Assembly (NCBI GenBank): GCA_964509335.1
Contig: CAZDXB010000002.1
Coordinates: 58,253 to 122,252, forward strand
Source of the DNA: an uncultured Hyphomicrobiales bacterium
Lineage (GTDB): Bacteria > Bacteroidota > Ignavibacteria > Kapaibacteriales > UBA2268
Length of the DNA stretch: 64,000 nucleotides
Direction of reading: 5' to 3'
The translations under genes were made by a program, and so were the position numbers. The notes below the pieces were generated by a model, which made no database searches, was not told where the DNA came from, and worked only from the letters and a program-made list of their open reading frames with translations. Below, piece after piece: positions 8,872 through 18,809 of this stretch. The stretch's first letter is position 1. Every line of letters starts with the position of its first letter.

Positions 8872-10629
8872 TTACTTCTCGTTTTCGTCTATTTGTTTCG
8901 TTTCGACCCTATTAGCGCCGAACAAATCTTCTATCGCTTTTTCAATCGGAGATTTGTTTGATTCTTCGTTTGCCTCCGATTTTTTATTTGACGTAATTGT
9001 TTGATTTTCCTTGTTTGAACCGTCGTGATTGTTCCGCTTAACTTCCCCATCGGAATTTTCCTCGATTATTTTTACCGAAACGGGCGCGCCGTAATGCTCC
9101 TTTAGCGTGTCTTTCAGCTCGATTATTTTATTTCCCAAATTCTCTTTGAAAAATTTGTCGGTTTGCAATACTATCTCGCCGTTGTAAAACTTTGTAGTAA
9201 CAGTGTCGCTTTGCTTGAGGATAAATAAACCCCGTTTAGCGTCGGCGTAATTCTCCAAATAATCGTCCCAGCCGCTTTTCAGAGCTTCCGCCGACAAATC
9301 AGCTTTCTTACCAAGTTCTCTCTTTGGGGATTCTTTTGAAGCTGGATTTTCCTTTTCAACCGGTTTCGGCGGTTCCGGCGCGGGAGCTTTTTTGGGCGTA
9401 GGAGAAGTAGCCGGACGCGAAGCGGATTCTTCCCGTTTCGGTTCCGCTTTCGGCGTTCCGCTAGTTAACGGTTTTTTTTTAAGCTCCTCGATTTCTTTAA
9501 TCAGAGTTTTTATATCCACTACCGAATCCATAGTCGCCAGCTGCAGAAGCGTTAGCTCAAAGCGCACGCGGGGGTTAGGGGCGAACCGGATTGCCTGCTC
9601 GGCGTTCGCCGTTACGTTCATAAGCCTCAACAAATCGGATTTATTGAACTTTTCGGCTTCTTCTTTGTATTTTTCGAGAAAAGCCGCGGACGTTTCCACT
9701 AAATCCGAAGAACTCGTTACTTTAATGGTTAGAATGTTCCTGAAGTGCTCCAAAAGCCCGCCCAAGCATTCCCTCAAGTCGTATCCCTTTTCGATTACCG
9801 CCGAAGAAATATCGAAAACGTTTTCCAGCTCGCCGTTACTGATAGTTTTCGTGATTTTGAAGAAAAAATCTTGGTCGATTAAACGAAGCGCGTCCGCCAA
9901 GTTCGAATAATTAATGGTATTTCCGCAAAACGCCGCCGCCTGGTCGAACATACTTTGCGCGTCGCGCATAGAGCCGTCAGCTTTCTTGGCGATGGCAACA
10001 AGCGACTCCTCGTCGATTTTGACTTGTTCTTTTTCGGCGATTGTTCGCAATTGCTTAATAATATCGTCGATTTCTATCCTTCGAAAATCGAACCTCTGGC
10101 ACCGGCTAAGTATAGTAGGCAATACCTTCTGCGGCTCCGTCGTGGCGAATACGAACAACAAATGCGGCGGCGGCTCTTCCAACGTCTTTAAAAGCGCGTT
10201 AAAAGCCGACGAGGAAAGCATATGAACTTCGTCGATTATATATATCTTATATTTGCTGGTAGAAGGCGGATATTTGGCGTTTTCGCGCAACTTCCTCACG
10301 TCGTCCACGCTGTTGTTCGACGCGCCGTCTATTTCAATTACGTCCAAAGACTTGCCTTCGAGAATAGTCTCGCAGGACTCGCACTTATTGCAAGGTTCGG
10401 CGCCTTCCGGCTCGTAACAATTCACCGCTCTGGCGTAAATCCTAGCCGCCGTCGTCTTGCCGACCCCTCTCGGACCGCTAAATAAATACGCGTGAGAGAT
10501 TTTCCCCGCTTTAATCGCGTTCTGCAGCGTAACCGCGGCGTGGTCCTGCCCCATAATATCCTTGAACTTCAATGGGCGCCATTTCCTCGCCGTGGCTAAA
10601 TATTCTTCGGTTTTATTCATTCGCGCCAT
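8872..10629 (-). CDS. dnaX: DNA polymerase III subunit tau/gamma
   Basis: Walker A is GPRGVGKTT, the Zn module is CYEPEGAEPCNKCESC, and Walker B is IYIIDEVHMLS. A Pro/Lys-rich linker follows domain III, then a tau-specific C-terminus. Confidence 0.95.
   Translation of the reverse strand: MARMNKTEEYLATARKWRPLKFKDIMGQDHAAVTLQNAIKAGKISHAYLFSGPRGVGKTTAARIYARAVNCYEPEGAEPCNKCESCETILEGKSLDVIEIDGASNNSVDDVRKLRENAKYPPSTSKYKIYIIDEVHMLSSSAFNALLKTLEEPPPHLLFVFATTEPQKVLPTILSRCQRFDFRRIEIDDIIKQLRTIAEKEQVKIDEESLVAIAKKADGSMRDAQSMFDQAAAFCGNTINYSNLADALRLIDQDFFFKITKTISNGELENVFDISSAVIEKGYDLRECLGGLLEHFRNILTIKVTSSSDLVETSAAFLEKYKEEAEKFNKSDLLRLMNVTANAEQAIRFAPNPRVRFELTLLQLATMDSVVDIKTLIKEIEELKKKPLTSGTPKAEPKREESASRPATSPTPKKAPAPEPPKPVEKENPASKESPKRELGKKADLSAEALKSGWDDYLENYADAKRGLFILKQSDTVTTKFYNGEIVLQTDKFFKENLGNKIIELKDTLKEHYGAPVSVKIIEENSDGEVKRNNHDGSNKENQTITSNKKSEANEESNKSPIEKAIEDLFGANRVETKQIDENEK
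9472..9480 (-). other. A9 homopolymer (codons 384-386, AAA AAA AAA) - candidate slippage/frameshift site for a gamma-like product
   Basis: The coding strand reads CTT AAA AAA AAA CCG TTA ACT AGC. The -1 frame gives ACC GTT AAC TAG and the +1 frame gives CGT TAA. The site sits at the domain III/linker boundary. Confidence 0.5.
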
Positions 10630-10793
10630 TATACTACTTCGCTATTTAAAAAATAAACTTAAATCGAAAGTTTAAGCTACAAAAAAAACTTTAGTTTTCA
10701 AATTCAAAGCTAATTATTGTTTCCTTATTGCCGATATTTTGTTATTTTATATTGTATTTTGAAAACTTTTTTTCAACTATGAAACGGTAGCGT

Positions 10794-11810
10794 ATGAGAA
10801 AGTTTAAACGAGATTTAATTAAGTTGTCTAAAAGCGTCTTTCTGTTCTTGATTTCAATAACGACCGCTTTAACGTTCTTTTCCTGCGGAACTTCCAAGGA
10901 CGTAATAACTTGGAACGTGGAAATCAAAGAAGAAGAGATGCCGATTACGGATAAGTGCAATCCGAGCCGCAAGCTACAAGCGGTTAAATCGCCCGAAAAG
11001 CCCAAATATTTGCCGGAAACCGAAGTTATGCCGGCTCGCGTTAGAATAATAGGGACGCCTTGCGACAAAGGCGAAAAGCCGCCCGTTTACGAAATTCCGT
11101 CTAACAGAGTTCAACGAATAACTTACGTGGCGGACCCTTTGAAACCGCCTAAGCTTATCGCAATTGAAGAATTGCCGGTAATCGAAGGATGCTGTAGAGT
11201 CAGAGACGGAATATTGTTCTTCGACAAACTTGAATTTAAAGGCGCTCTTGGATATCGCGGCTCCGGCGACGAAGTAGTTTACCCGACCCCCGCCGGAACG
11301 AAAACTTATGAATCGTCGTTTTTCGGCTTCGACCGCGGCGGCTCGTCGATGTTCGTAGGGCTAGAGCTAATGGGCTTATGGAGCGTTCCGTCTATCGACG
11401 AGAGCGAAGCCTTTCAACTTGGATTCTTAACCGGTCTTTTGCCCCTCGACGGCTCTGCCTTCGTTCCCGTCGGCGCTTACGGCAGATACACTTTTAATCA
11501 AACGCCGTCCAAATATTCGGAGTATTGCGACTCGTGGTTCCTTTACGCTACCGCCGGTCTGCCCTTGGACTTCGAGACGGAAGCCCCTCTTATCGGCGAA
11601 AGCTCCGACTATCAGAGATATTTCTACGGTCTGGGATTAGGCTACGACTGGGCTGTTTCCTGCAATATGGATTTATCGGTAGATTTGGGATTAAGAGGCA
11701 TGAATTTGCCCTTGCCGCCCTACACTTGCTGCTCAGACGTCCCAGACGAGAACAGAAATCCGTTTCGCAATTCGACAGCCGTATTATTAAGAATTGGCGT
11801 CGTTTTTTAA
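10794..11810 (+). CDS. Hypothetical outer-membrane lipoprotein / beta-barrel-like protein
   Basis: 338 aa. It has a lipobox (LTFFSCGTS). The C-terminal half is rich in Gly and aromatic residues and ends ...LLRIGVVF; a terminal Phe is typical of OM barrels. Confidence 0.5.
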   Translation: MRKFKRDLIKLSKSVFLFLISITTALTFFSCGTSKDVITWNVEIKEEEMPITDKCNPSRKLQAVKSPEKPKYLPETEVMPARVRIIGTPCDKGEKPPVYEIPSNRVQRITYVADPLKPPKLIAIEELPVIEGCCRVRDGILFFDKLEFKGALGYRGSGDEVVYPTPAGTKTYESSFFGFDRGGSSMFVGLELMGLWSVPSIDESEAFQLGFLTGLLPLDGSAFVPVGAYGRYTFNQTPSKYSEYCDSWFLYATAGLPLDFETEAPLIGESSDYQRYFYGLGLGYDWAVSCNMDLSVDLGLRGMNLPLPPYTCCSDVPDENRNPFRNSTAVLLRIGVVF

Positions 11811-11843
11811 TAGAAAAAATGTATAACTTTTATAGACTCAATT

Positions 11844-13949
11844 ATGAAAGCTAGAAAATTCAATAAAACGATAATAAGTTTAATTTCAGTCGTTCTGGTC
11901 GTTTCCTTAGCGTTCGTTAACTCTTGTATGGACACCGCCGAACCGGCGGACGAGCAAGAAAGAAACTTGACGGTCGCGGTTTACAGAATAATCGACCAAG
12001 CGACCGGCGAAACGAAGCCAGTCGCCAATTCCGACATTCAAATATTTAGAAAAGACGAAGCCTCTTTATACGAAGCCGGCGAAGGAACGACAAACGCGAC
12101 CGGCGTCGCGAGCTTTTCCCTCGACGTTCCATTAATAGGACAACTATACTCGATTTCCGCTTCATACGGCGGTCAAACGCAAACTTTGTCGTCCGTTCTG
12201 ATATGCAAGGACACAACCGTTAGATTCATCTTCGGCGACGAATCGACGAATATCGCCTGCGGCGATTTAGACCGTTCAGACTCGCTTATTTTCAGCGATT
12301 ACGAAGGCTCGCGCAGATTGATAGTCAACACGCCCGAAAACGTCAATAGATACGAACGATGCTATAGCTACTCTGTATCCGCTAACAGCTCGGGAGCCGT
12401 CCAATTCATTTTAGACCGTCCCGATTCGCCGTTCGAATTAATATCGGTATCAGTCGGCGGCGACAACCTATCCCCGACAATAGACAGAGTCGATATCCAG
12501 CCGGGAGAAACGCTAACGTTTTGCTTTTCCGTAAGTACTCAGCGAATCGGCTCGTTTAATCAAACTTTGCAATTCGCCCTTTCCTGCGACGACGGAACCC
12601 AAGGAACGGCGAACTTAGAACTTCAAGCCGACGTAGTCGAGCCGAGATGCGATTGCGAAGACATTCCCGAAACGGTTTCGTTGATTGTTGAAGACATAAT
12701 ACCCGTCGGGGAAACTTATAGTTTCGAAGACGAAGAACTGTTCGTTAACAAAGCCGCTTGTCCCGTTCAAGTTATTCTCGACAGTTCGAACGTTGCGGGC
12801 GGATGGTCCTTTAGCGAACCAAATTTCCCCGTAAATCTGGGCGTAGGCGAAGCGTTGCTCGTTTCGGGAGAATTTACTCCGACGACGACCAACAGCGCCG
12901 TTTCGACGCTTTATCTGACAATTATACCCGAAGGCTCCGGCTTGAACTGCCATACCGAAGCAATCTTCGAAGGCGAGGGATGCGTCAACCAATGCCCGTT
13001 TATTAGATTCGACGACGGCGATGATTTCGAGACATTCGGCGTTAACTCGCCTTACGGCGAAATTCTAAGCTATCGAGACGACAATCGCGTTTTTATTTCT
13101 TCGGTTAATTATCCTTCGCGGGTGGAAAAAACATATTACGTTAAAAATCCCGATTCAGCTTGCGGCGAAGTGGAAATCATCCTAGAAGAAAGCCCTGCGG
13201 ACGTTTATTCGAGCCGATACTTTAGCGTTTCGCCAACGCGTTTCACTTTGCTTCCCGGCGAAATCGGACAAGTTAGCGTCGTTTTCACGGCTCCGACGAT
13301 TAGCGCGCTAGACGATATAGTAGCCGCGAGAGGCGACAATCGAATTACGTCCGACAGCGCGTTCGCGGTCGATTTATACATCCGCGGCGCCGGCTGCGAG
13401 CAAGTCATAAAAGATACCGCTATCGTTACTTTCGTTCCCGACTTAAGTCCGATTATAAATCTGAGAGCATACGCTCAAAGAACGCCGCAACAACCAATTC
13501 CCGAAAACGAAGTTTACTATCTCGGCGCCGATTCGAGAACGGTGTTAAAAGAAGAAGACGGAACGCCCGTTCCTCCTCCACCGAACTTAGGCGATATATG
13601 GGTGGACGTTCGAGACACTAGCGTGTCCGCTAAGCCGCCGCAAGAGCCGATTCTCAAATTAGTAGATAACAATTTGGAAGTCAAGCGCTGGCGACAAAAT
13701 TATATGGAATCCGACTTCGTGGACGTTCCCAACTTAGTTCAGGAATTCCAAAACGACCCGACTTACAATACCGGCTACGGACCGGGACCGATAACCGGCA
13801 TACAGGTCAACGAAGTTTACGCTTTCAAATTCAGCGAAAATCAATACGCTCTTATATTTATTAGAAGGGTGGACGACGGAACTGAGAATACGTCGAGCAA
13901 GCAATCGGCTTTAGAATTCCGTTGCGTTCATCCTATTTTTGTTTACTAA
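11844..13949 (+). CDS. Hypothetical secreted lipoprotein with Ig-like beta-rich modules
   Basis: 701 aa. It has a signal peptide with a lipobox (LAFVNSCMD). No catalytic motif was recognised. Confidence 0.5.
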   Translation: MKARKFNKTIISLISVVLVVSLAFVNSCMDTAEPADEQERNLTVAVYRIIDQATGETKPVANSDIQIFRKDEASLYEAGEGTTNATGVASFSLDVPLIGQLYSISASYGGQTQTLSSVLICKDTTVRFIFGDESTNIACGDLDRSDSLIFSDYEGSRRLIVNTPENVNRYERCYSYSVSANSSGAVQFILDRPDSPFELISVSVGGDNLSPTIDRVDIQPGETLTFCFSVSTQRIGSFNQTLQFALSCDDGTQGTANLELQADVVEPRCDCEDIPETVSLIVEDIIPVGETYSFEDEELFVNKAACPVQVILDSSNVAGGWSFSEPNFPVNLGVGEALLVSGEFTPTTTNSAVSTLYLTIIPEGSGLNCHTEAIFEGEGCVNQCPFIRFDDGDDFETFGVNSPYGEILSYRDDNRVFISSVNYPSRVEKTYYVKNPDSACGEVEIILEESPADVYSSRYFSVSPTRFTLLPGEIGQVSVVFTAPTISALDDIVAARGDNRITSDSAFAVDLYIRGAGCEQVIKDTAIVTFVPDLSPIINLRAYAQRTPQQPIPENEVYYLGADSRTVLKEEDGTPVPPPPNLGDIWVDVRDTSVSAKPPQEPILKLVDNNLEVKRWRQNYMESDFVDVPNLVQEFQNDPTYNTGYGPGPITGIQVNEVYAFKFSENQYALIFIRRVDDGTENTSSKQSALEFRCVHPIFVY

Positions 13950-13964
13950 TAGCGGGGTTACAAA

Positions 13965-16583
13965 ATGCGCAAAATCCTATTTGTTATAATCGCGATAACG
14001 CTGTCGTTTTCGTTAAACGCCGTCAGTAAAGATAAAGAAACGCTTAAAGGCGGCGTCCTAAGCGGCAAAGTAAATTCAGACCACGAAGATTACGGAGCTT
14101 TCTTAGTTCAGGGAATCGACAACGACACGCTGTTTTTCACAAGCTCGCGCCGCGTGAAAAAAAGAAGGAAAATCGCTTTGAGAGCGGAAATGTTTTATAG
14201 CGTCCGCCCAGCCGCCGAACGCGGCAAAAAAGCAATAAACAAGGGCTGGTCAAAAGCTAAACGCATCGTGGCGGAAGACTCGCGAATAGCGCAATACACC
14301 CGCGGCTCTCAAGCAATTAGCGAATCCAGGATTATATTCGCCGCCGAACGCGATTTGACTAATAAAAAAAGCGTAGGAACAAGCTTCTTATTCGATTTAT
14401 GGCAAATGACCCGGCAAGCCGACGGCTTCTCCAATCCAGAGCCGCTCGAAAATATAAACAATCCCGACTCTTGGGAATCTCAACCCGCGTTAAGTTTGGA
14501 CGGCAAAGTTCTCTTCTTTGTTTCCAATCGGCAAGGCGGCAAAGGCGGTTTGGATATATGGTATTCCATAAGAGACGCCGGCGGCAAATGGGGCGAGCCG
14601 CGCTTAGTCCCTAATATTAATACTTCCGGCGACGAAAAATCGCCGCACTGCGGCGCCGACGGTAGATTTTACTTCTCAAGCGATTGGAATTACGAAGAAA
14701 ACGAACCCGGCGAGAACAAATGCGACATTTATCGAGCGAATTACGACGAAACGAACGGCGCGCTGCTGCCGATAAACCCCATCCCGCTCGATAAAGCCAT
14801 ACGAACCGACGCAAAAAAATTCGGGCTGAAAATTCCCGAAGGCGTCGAATACAATTCCGAAGCCGACGACGAATTCCCCTTCATTACTCGCGACCGGAAA
14901 TATATATTCATAACTTCCAACAGAGACGCCGACTATAAAAAAAGAAATCTATACGCTTTCGCTCTGCCGAAATCGAGGATTCGTCTCCAAGTTAACGTTA
15001 TGGAAAAAATACTCGACTCCGACGGAACGGTAATCCAAGAACCGACGCCGAAAATCGGTCTGAATCTGACTCTTGAAGATTTAGAAAGCGGAACATCGAG
15101 AGAAATAGAATCCGGCAAACCTTACGAAGCGGAAGCCGAAAAAACGTATCGAATGAAATTTTCGAAATTCGTTGAAGAAGAATGCTATGACAATAAAATC
15201 GAAGGTCCGAGCGACTTAAAAATCAAAACCGTCAGACCGTTCGGCTGGGACACTTTATTCCAAGAGGACGTTCTAATAATTAGAAGAAAAATCGAAATAG
15301 AACCGGTGGTGTTCAATTCTACCGACACTCTCCCATACTTTATTACTGGCTACTGGTACCCAAACACCGCGGAAAATATCCGAGAATACAGAAATCGCGA
15401 AGCAACCGGCTTTTTCGACGCAACCGGCTACGTCGATTCAAGCGGTTACAGCTACGACAGCATAGCGACGCAAATCAACAAAAGTTTCGAAGAGAAAATA
15501 TACGAGCCTCTGGAAAAAATACTCCCCTACTTCCAAGACATCTGCCGCGACACGCTATTTCTCAAAGTAACCGTTCACGGCTACACCGACCCGAGAGGAC
15601 TGTCTTCCGGTAAAGACCATCCATACAGGTCGGCGTCCGAAGGAAAGCGAGAGTATCCCGACAAAACAATAACAGCGGGCGTAGATAAATACGGCAACCG
15701 GGTAACGATACCTACCAAATTAAATATGTGGAAGCACAACTGGACGGTCGAGAGAAACGGCGAAGAAAAGAAAATCGTTTTGCCGAACGAAGGCGAGAAC
15801 GGCAACGTAACCCTTTCCATATTACGAGCGTATTTTACGTTCATTACTTTTGACGAAGAAATGAGAGAGCGCTCGCCTATATACAGTCAATTGCGAGCCA
15901 ACAACAAAGTTGCTTTGGACGTGCAAGGCTTCGGCGTCGATAAGGAAGGTTACGCCAAACGCGGCTTGCGAGACGACCCGCAAAGCCGAAGAATCGAGAT
16001 ATATCTAGACATTCTGCGCCCAAACGAACTCGACTCGCACATAAGACTAAAGGGCGGAAAAGTCGCCGGCGAAAAACAAACTTCCGTTACCGCTAAAGCT
16101 AAAATTAGCGAGAAAGAGCAACCGCAAGTAGAAGAACCGGAAAAAGAAGTCGAAACCAATACCGTTCAAAAAGAAACCAGCGAAGAAATAAAAACCGTAG
16201 AAGTAGGAAGCAAGAAAACCGAGAGAGTAGAAAGGCATAAGTTCGACGAAGAACAGCCAAGAACCGAAGTAGCCGACGTTAACTTGCCGCCGAAAGAAAC
16301 CGAAGTCAAAAAAGTCGAGAAAAAAGAAGAAAAAAATTTCAAAATATATTACAAAGCTTACGAGAAAAGAAAAGATGCCGAAGCGGCTCGGAAAATATTA
16401 GAAGAGAGGGGCGTCGAAAATCCGAGAGTAGTGGAAATAATCGACCAATTCGGCTCGGAAAAAACATACGAGCTATATTCCGGCAACTTCAATTCCGCTC
16501 TAGACGCCATAAAAACACTGAAAAAATTAGACTGGACAATCGAAGAGTTAAATCTGCGGCAAAAACCGGTGATAATAAGGTAA
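13965..16583 (+). CDS. PD40 (TolB-like) repeat / OmpA-like / SPOR domain envelope protein
   Basis: 872 aa with a signal peptide. PD40-type repeats include LFFVSNRQGGKGGLDIWYS and IFITSNRD. OmpA-like motifs are VHGYTDPRG ... NVTLSILRA ... RRIEIYL. The C-terminal SPOR-like module reads KIYYKAYEKRKDAEAARKILEERG.... Confidence 0.7.
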   Translation: MRKILFVIIAITLSFSLNAVSKDKETLKGGVLSGKVNSDHEDYGAFLVQGIDNDTLFFTSSRRVKKRRKIALRAEMFYSVRPAAERGKKAINKGWSKAKRIVAEDSRIAQYTRGSQAISESRIIFAAERDLTNKKSVGTSFLFDLWQMTRQADGFSNPEPLENINNPDSWESQPALSLDGKVLFFVSNRQGGKGGLDIWYSIRDAGGKWGEPRLVPNINTSGDEKSPHCGADGRFYFSSDWNYEENEPGENKCDIYRANYDETNGALLPINPIPLDKAIRTDAKKFGLKIPEGVEYNSEADDEFPFITRDRKYIFITSNRDADYKKRNLYAFALPKSRIRLQVNVMEKILDSDGTVIQEPTPKIGLNLTLEDLESGTSREIESGKPYEAEAEKTYRMKFSKFVEEECYDNKIEGPSDLKIKTVRPFGWDTLFQEDVLIIRRKIEIEPVVFNSTDTLPYFITGYWYPNTAENIREYRNREATGFFDATGYVDSSGYSYDSIATQINKSFEEKIYEPLEKILPYFQDICRDTLFLKVTVHGYTDPRGLSSGKDHPYRSASEGKREYPDKTITAGVDKYGNRVTIPTKLNMWKHNWTVERNGEEKKIVLPNEGENGNVTLSILRAYFTFITFDEEMRERSPIYSQLRANNKVALDVQGFGVDKEGYAKRGLRDDPQSRRIEIYLDILRPNELDSHIRLKGGKVAGEKQTSVTAKAKISEKEQPQVEEPEKEVETNTVQKETSEEIKTVEVGSKKTERVERHKFDEEQPRTEVADVNLPPKETEVKKVEKKEEKNFKIYYKAYEKRKDAEAARKILEERGVENPRVVEIIDQFGSEKTYELYSGNFNSALDAIKTLKKLDWTIEELNLRQKPVIIR

Positions 16584-16697
16584 GCGTCCAATTCTATATT
16601 TTGTGTTACGCGTTATTTTAACACTACTCGTAAGCAGATAAAGTTAGAATGCTAAATACATTTTGCTTTTAATAAATTTTTTAGAATTTATATTATT

Positions 16698-17675
16698 GTG
16701 AAAGGCAAAATTTTAATATATGAAACTGAAGATAACCAAACCCAAGTTGAAGTTCGTTTGGAAGAGGAAACTATATGGCTTAATCAATATCAAATGGCAG
16801 CTTTATTTAATACGGATAGAACTTCTATCTTGCGTCATTTAAAGAATATCTACAAAAGTAAAGAACTATCGGAAGATTCAACTTGTGCAAAATCTGCACA
16901 AGTTCGAAACGAAGGCGACAGGCGAGTGGAACGGAATATTAAATACTATAATTTAGACGCTATAATATCCGTAGGCTACCGAGTAAATTCTAAAAGAGGA
17001 ACTCAGTTTAGGATTTGGGCTAACAAAGTTTTGAAAGAGTATCTCGTCGACGGATACGCCTTAAATAAAAAACTATTAAGAAAACAAACCGAAAAAGTGG
17101 AACGCTTAAATGAAGCTATTAAGACTATATCGTCGATTTCCTTATCTGAAGATATTGACGAGGAAAGTAAAAACGCGTTTTTTGCGCTTTTAGATAAATA
17201 CTCAACGGCTCTAAATCTTTTAGACAACTACGATAGCAAAAGAATAAAAAAAATAGAAACTCGAAGTAGCGAATCTAAAAGTCTAAGTTATGATGAAGTA
17301 AAAAAGATTATTAACGAAATGAAATTAAAATGGAAAAGCTCGAACCTTTTTGGTAAAGAAAAAGATGAATCTTTAAAGAGTTCAATTTCAGCGGCATTCC
17401 AAACATTTGACGGAAAAGATTTATATCCGACAATTGAAGAAAAAGCCGTAAATCTATTGTATTTCCTAGTAAAGAATCATTCCTTCGTAGATGGCAATAA
17501 AAGAATTGCCGCGTCAATCTTTTTATATTTTCTTAAAAAGAATAAACAACTCAACAATATACATTTAGACAATAATTTGTTAGTCGCTCTAACGCTACTA
17601 ATAGCAAATAGCGATCCATCCGAAAAAGAGCTTTTAGTTAATATTGCTACGATATTGCTGTTAAACAAAACATAA
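16698..17675 (+). CDS. RhuM-family N-terminal domain fused to Fic/Doc (death-on-curing type) domain
   Basis: 325 aa with a GTG start. The N-terminus (NQYQMAALFNTDRTSILRHLKNIY ... ISVGYRVNSKRGTQFRIWA) is RhuM-like. The C-terminus has a Doc-type motif, HSFVDGNKR (H-x-F-x-D-G-N-K-R). The gene is AT-rich with long AT-rich flanks. Confidence 0.8.
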   Translation: MKGKILIYETEDNQTQVEVRLEEETIWLNQYQMAALFNTDRTSILRHLKNIYKSKELSEDSTCAKSAQVRNEGDRRVERNIKYYNLDAIISVGYRVNSKRGTQFRIWANKVLKEYLVDGYALNKKLLRKQTEKVERLNEAIKTISSISLSEDIDEESKNAFFALLDKYSTALNLLDNYDSKRIKKIETRSSESKSLSYDEVKKIINEMKLKWKSSNLFGKEKDESLKSSISAAFQTFDGKDLYPTIEEKAVNLLYFLVKNHSFVDGNKRIAASIFLYFLKKNKQLNNIHLDNNLLVALTLLIANSDPSEKELLVNIATILLLNKT

Positions 17676-18054
17676 AGACGTTTCTATGCTACGGGACTTA
17701 ATCTATATAAATTATTGACGCTTAAGCGATTCAATTGCGCGCTAATTAAAAGTCAACCCGCAACTTTTTAGCTCTCGATTTACAATTCAACTTCTCAATC
17801 GTTTGCTATTTTCCATAAATCTTTTATTTCATTTCCAAAAAAATATAGCAAAGAGATATTTCTCTTTGATAGCTCTTTAATAAAAATTAAATTACAACTA
17901 TTATTTTGTTAATAAAGAAGTATAGAAAAATGAACGACGTTCCTTCACCGGTTTTGCCAGAATTCGAAATTTAACCCAATAGGCAATTGTTATCGGCTAT
18001 CGAAGAATTGATATAGAAGTAATAGTAATAACAATACATAAAAGAGGTTTAAAT

Positions 18055-18642
18055 ATGAGAAATTTAGTTTATTTTTTGATTTTGCTCGCTACGGCTGTAT
18101 TTTTAGTCTCCTGCGTTCAGGTCTATCAAGAAGATTACGCTACGGATAGCGAAGCAAAAAGAGATTACGAAATACAAACGGCGAAAAGCGTAACGATACC
18201 GGAAGACGGTTCAGGTCCCATCGCCGGAATGACCGAAGCGGAAAGTCCCGACGCAATTGTAACATTCAACGAACTCGGCGAAAGAACTTTTGTCGAAAAC
18301 GGCTCTACGGTCAATTTCATCTACGACGGCGTTGACCCAGCCGAAACATACGTAATGTACGAATCGACAAAGGACGGCTATTATCTGACTTTAGTAAAAA
18401 AAGACGAGCGCGTAAACGTCTATTTTAAGGAAATGTGCCAGATATTCATCGTCGGCAGACCGGATATGACAACAATCGACGTACCCGAGAACCTGCGCTA
18501 CGAGCAAATCATCTGGACGCCGCGTAGCGACGGCACTTGGGAATTGCGAATAGGAACAACTCAAAGAGGCTGCAAAAGCCGCGCTCTAAACCAACTTCAG
18601 GAATTAAGAACGTCCGAATACGAAGACAACGTTCCGAAATAG
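18055..18642 (+). CDS. Hypothetical lipoprotein
   Basis: 195 aa with a signal peptide and lipobox (VFLVSCVQ). Confidence 0.6.
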   Translation: MRNLVYFLILLATAVFLVSCVQVYQEDYATDSEAKRDYEIQTAKSVTIPEDGSGPIAGMTEAESPDAIVTFNELGERTFVENGSTVNFIYDGVDPAETYVMYESTKDGYYLTLVKKDERVNVYFKEMCQIFIVGRPDMTTIDVPENLRYEQIIWTPRSDGTWELRIGTTQRGCKSRALNQLQELRTSEYEDNVPK

Positions 18643-18649
18643 GATTTCT

Positions 18650-18682
18650 ACTCATCCGACGACTCTGAGTCATCGGATGAGT
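18650..18682. terminator. 33-nt near-perfect palindrome / hairpin downstream of the lipoprotein gene
   Basis: ACTCATCCGACGACTC-T-GAGTCATCGGATGAGT has one mismatch and no T-run, so a terminator function is uncertain. Confidence 0.4.
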
Positions 18683-18809
18683 TATGCCCTCTCAATAGCT
18701 CCGTCCTTTAGAGCGGTGGCATTAATTCCAACTCGTTCTATGGGGCTGTTTCAGATGTATATTAATAAAGCATTTTCTAATATCTTCGCGTCAAAAAATC
18801 TCCATCTCT

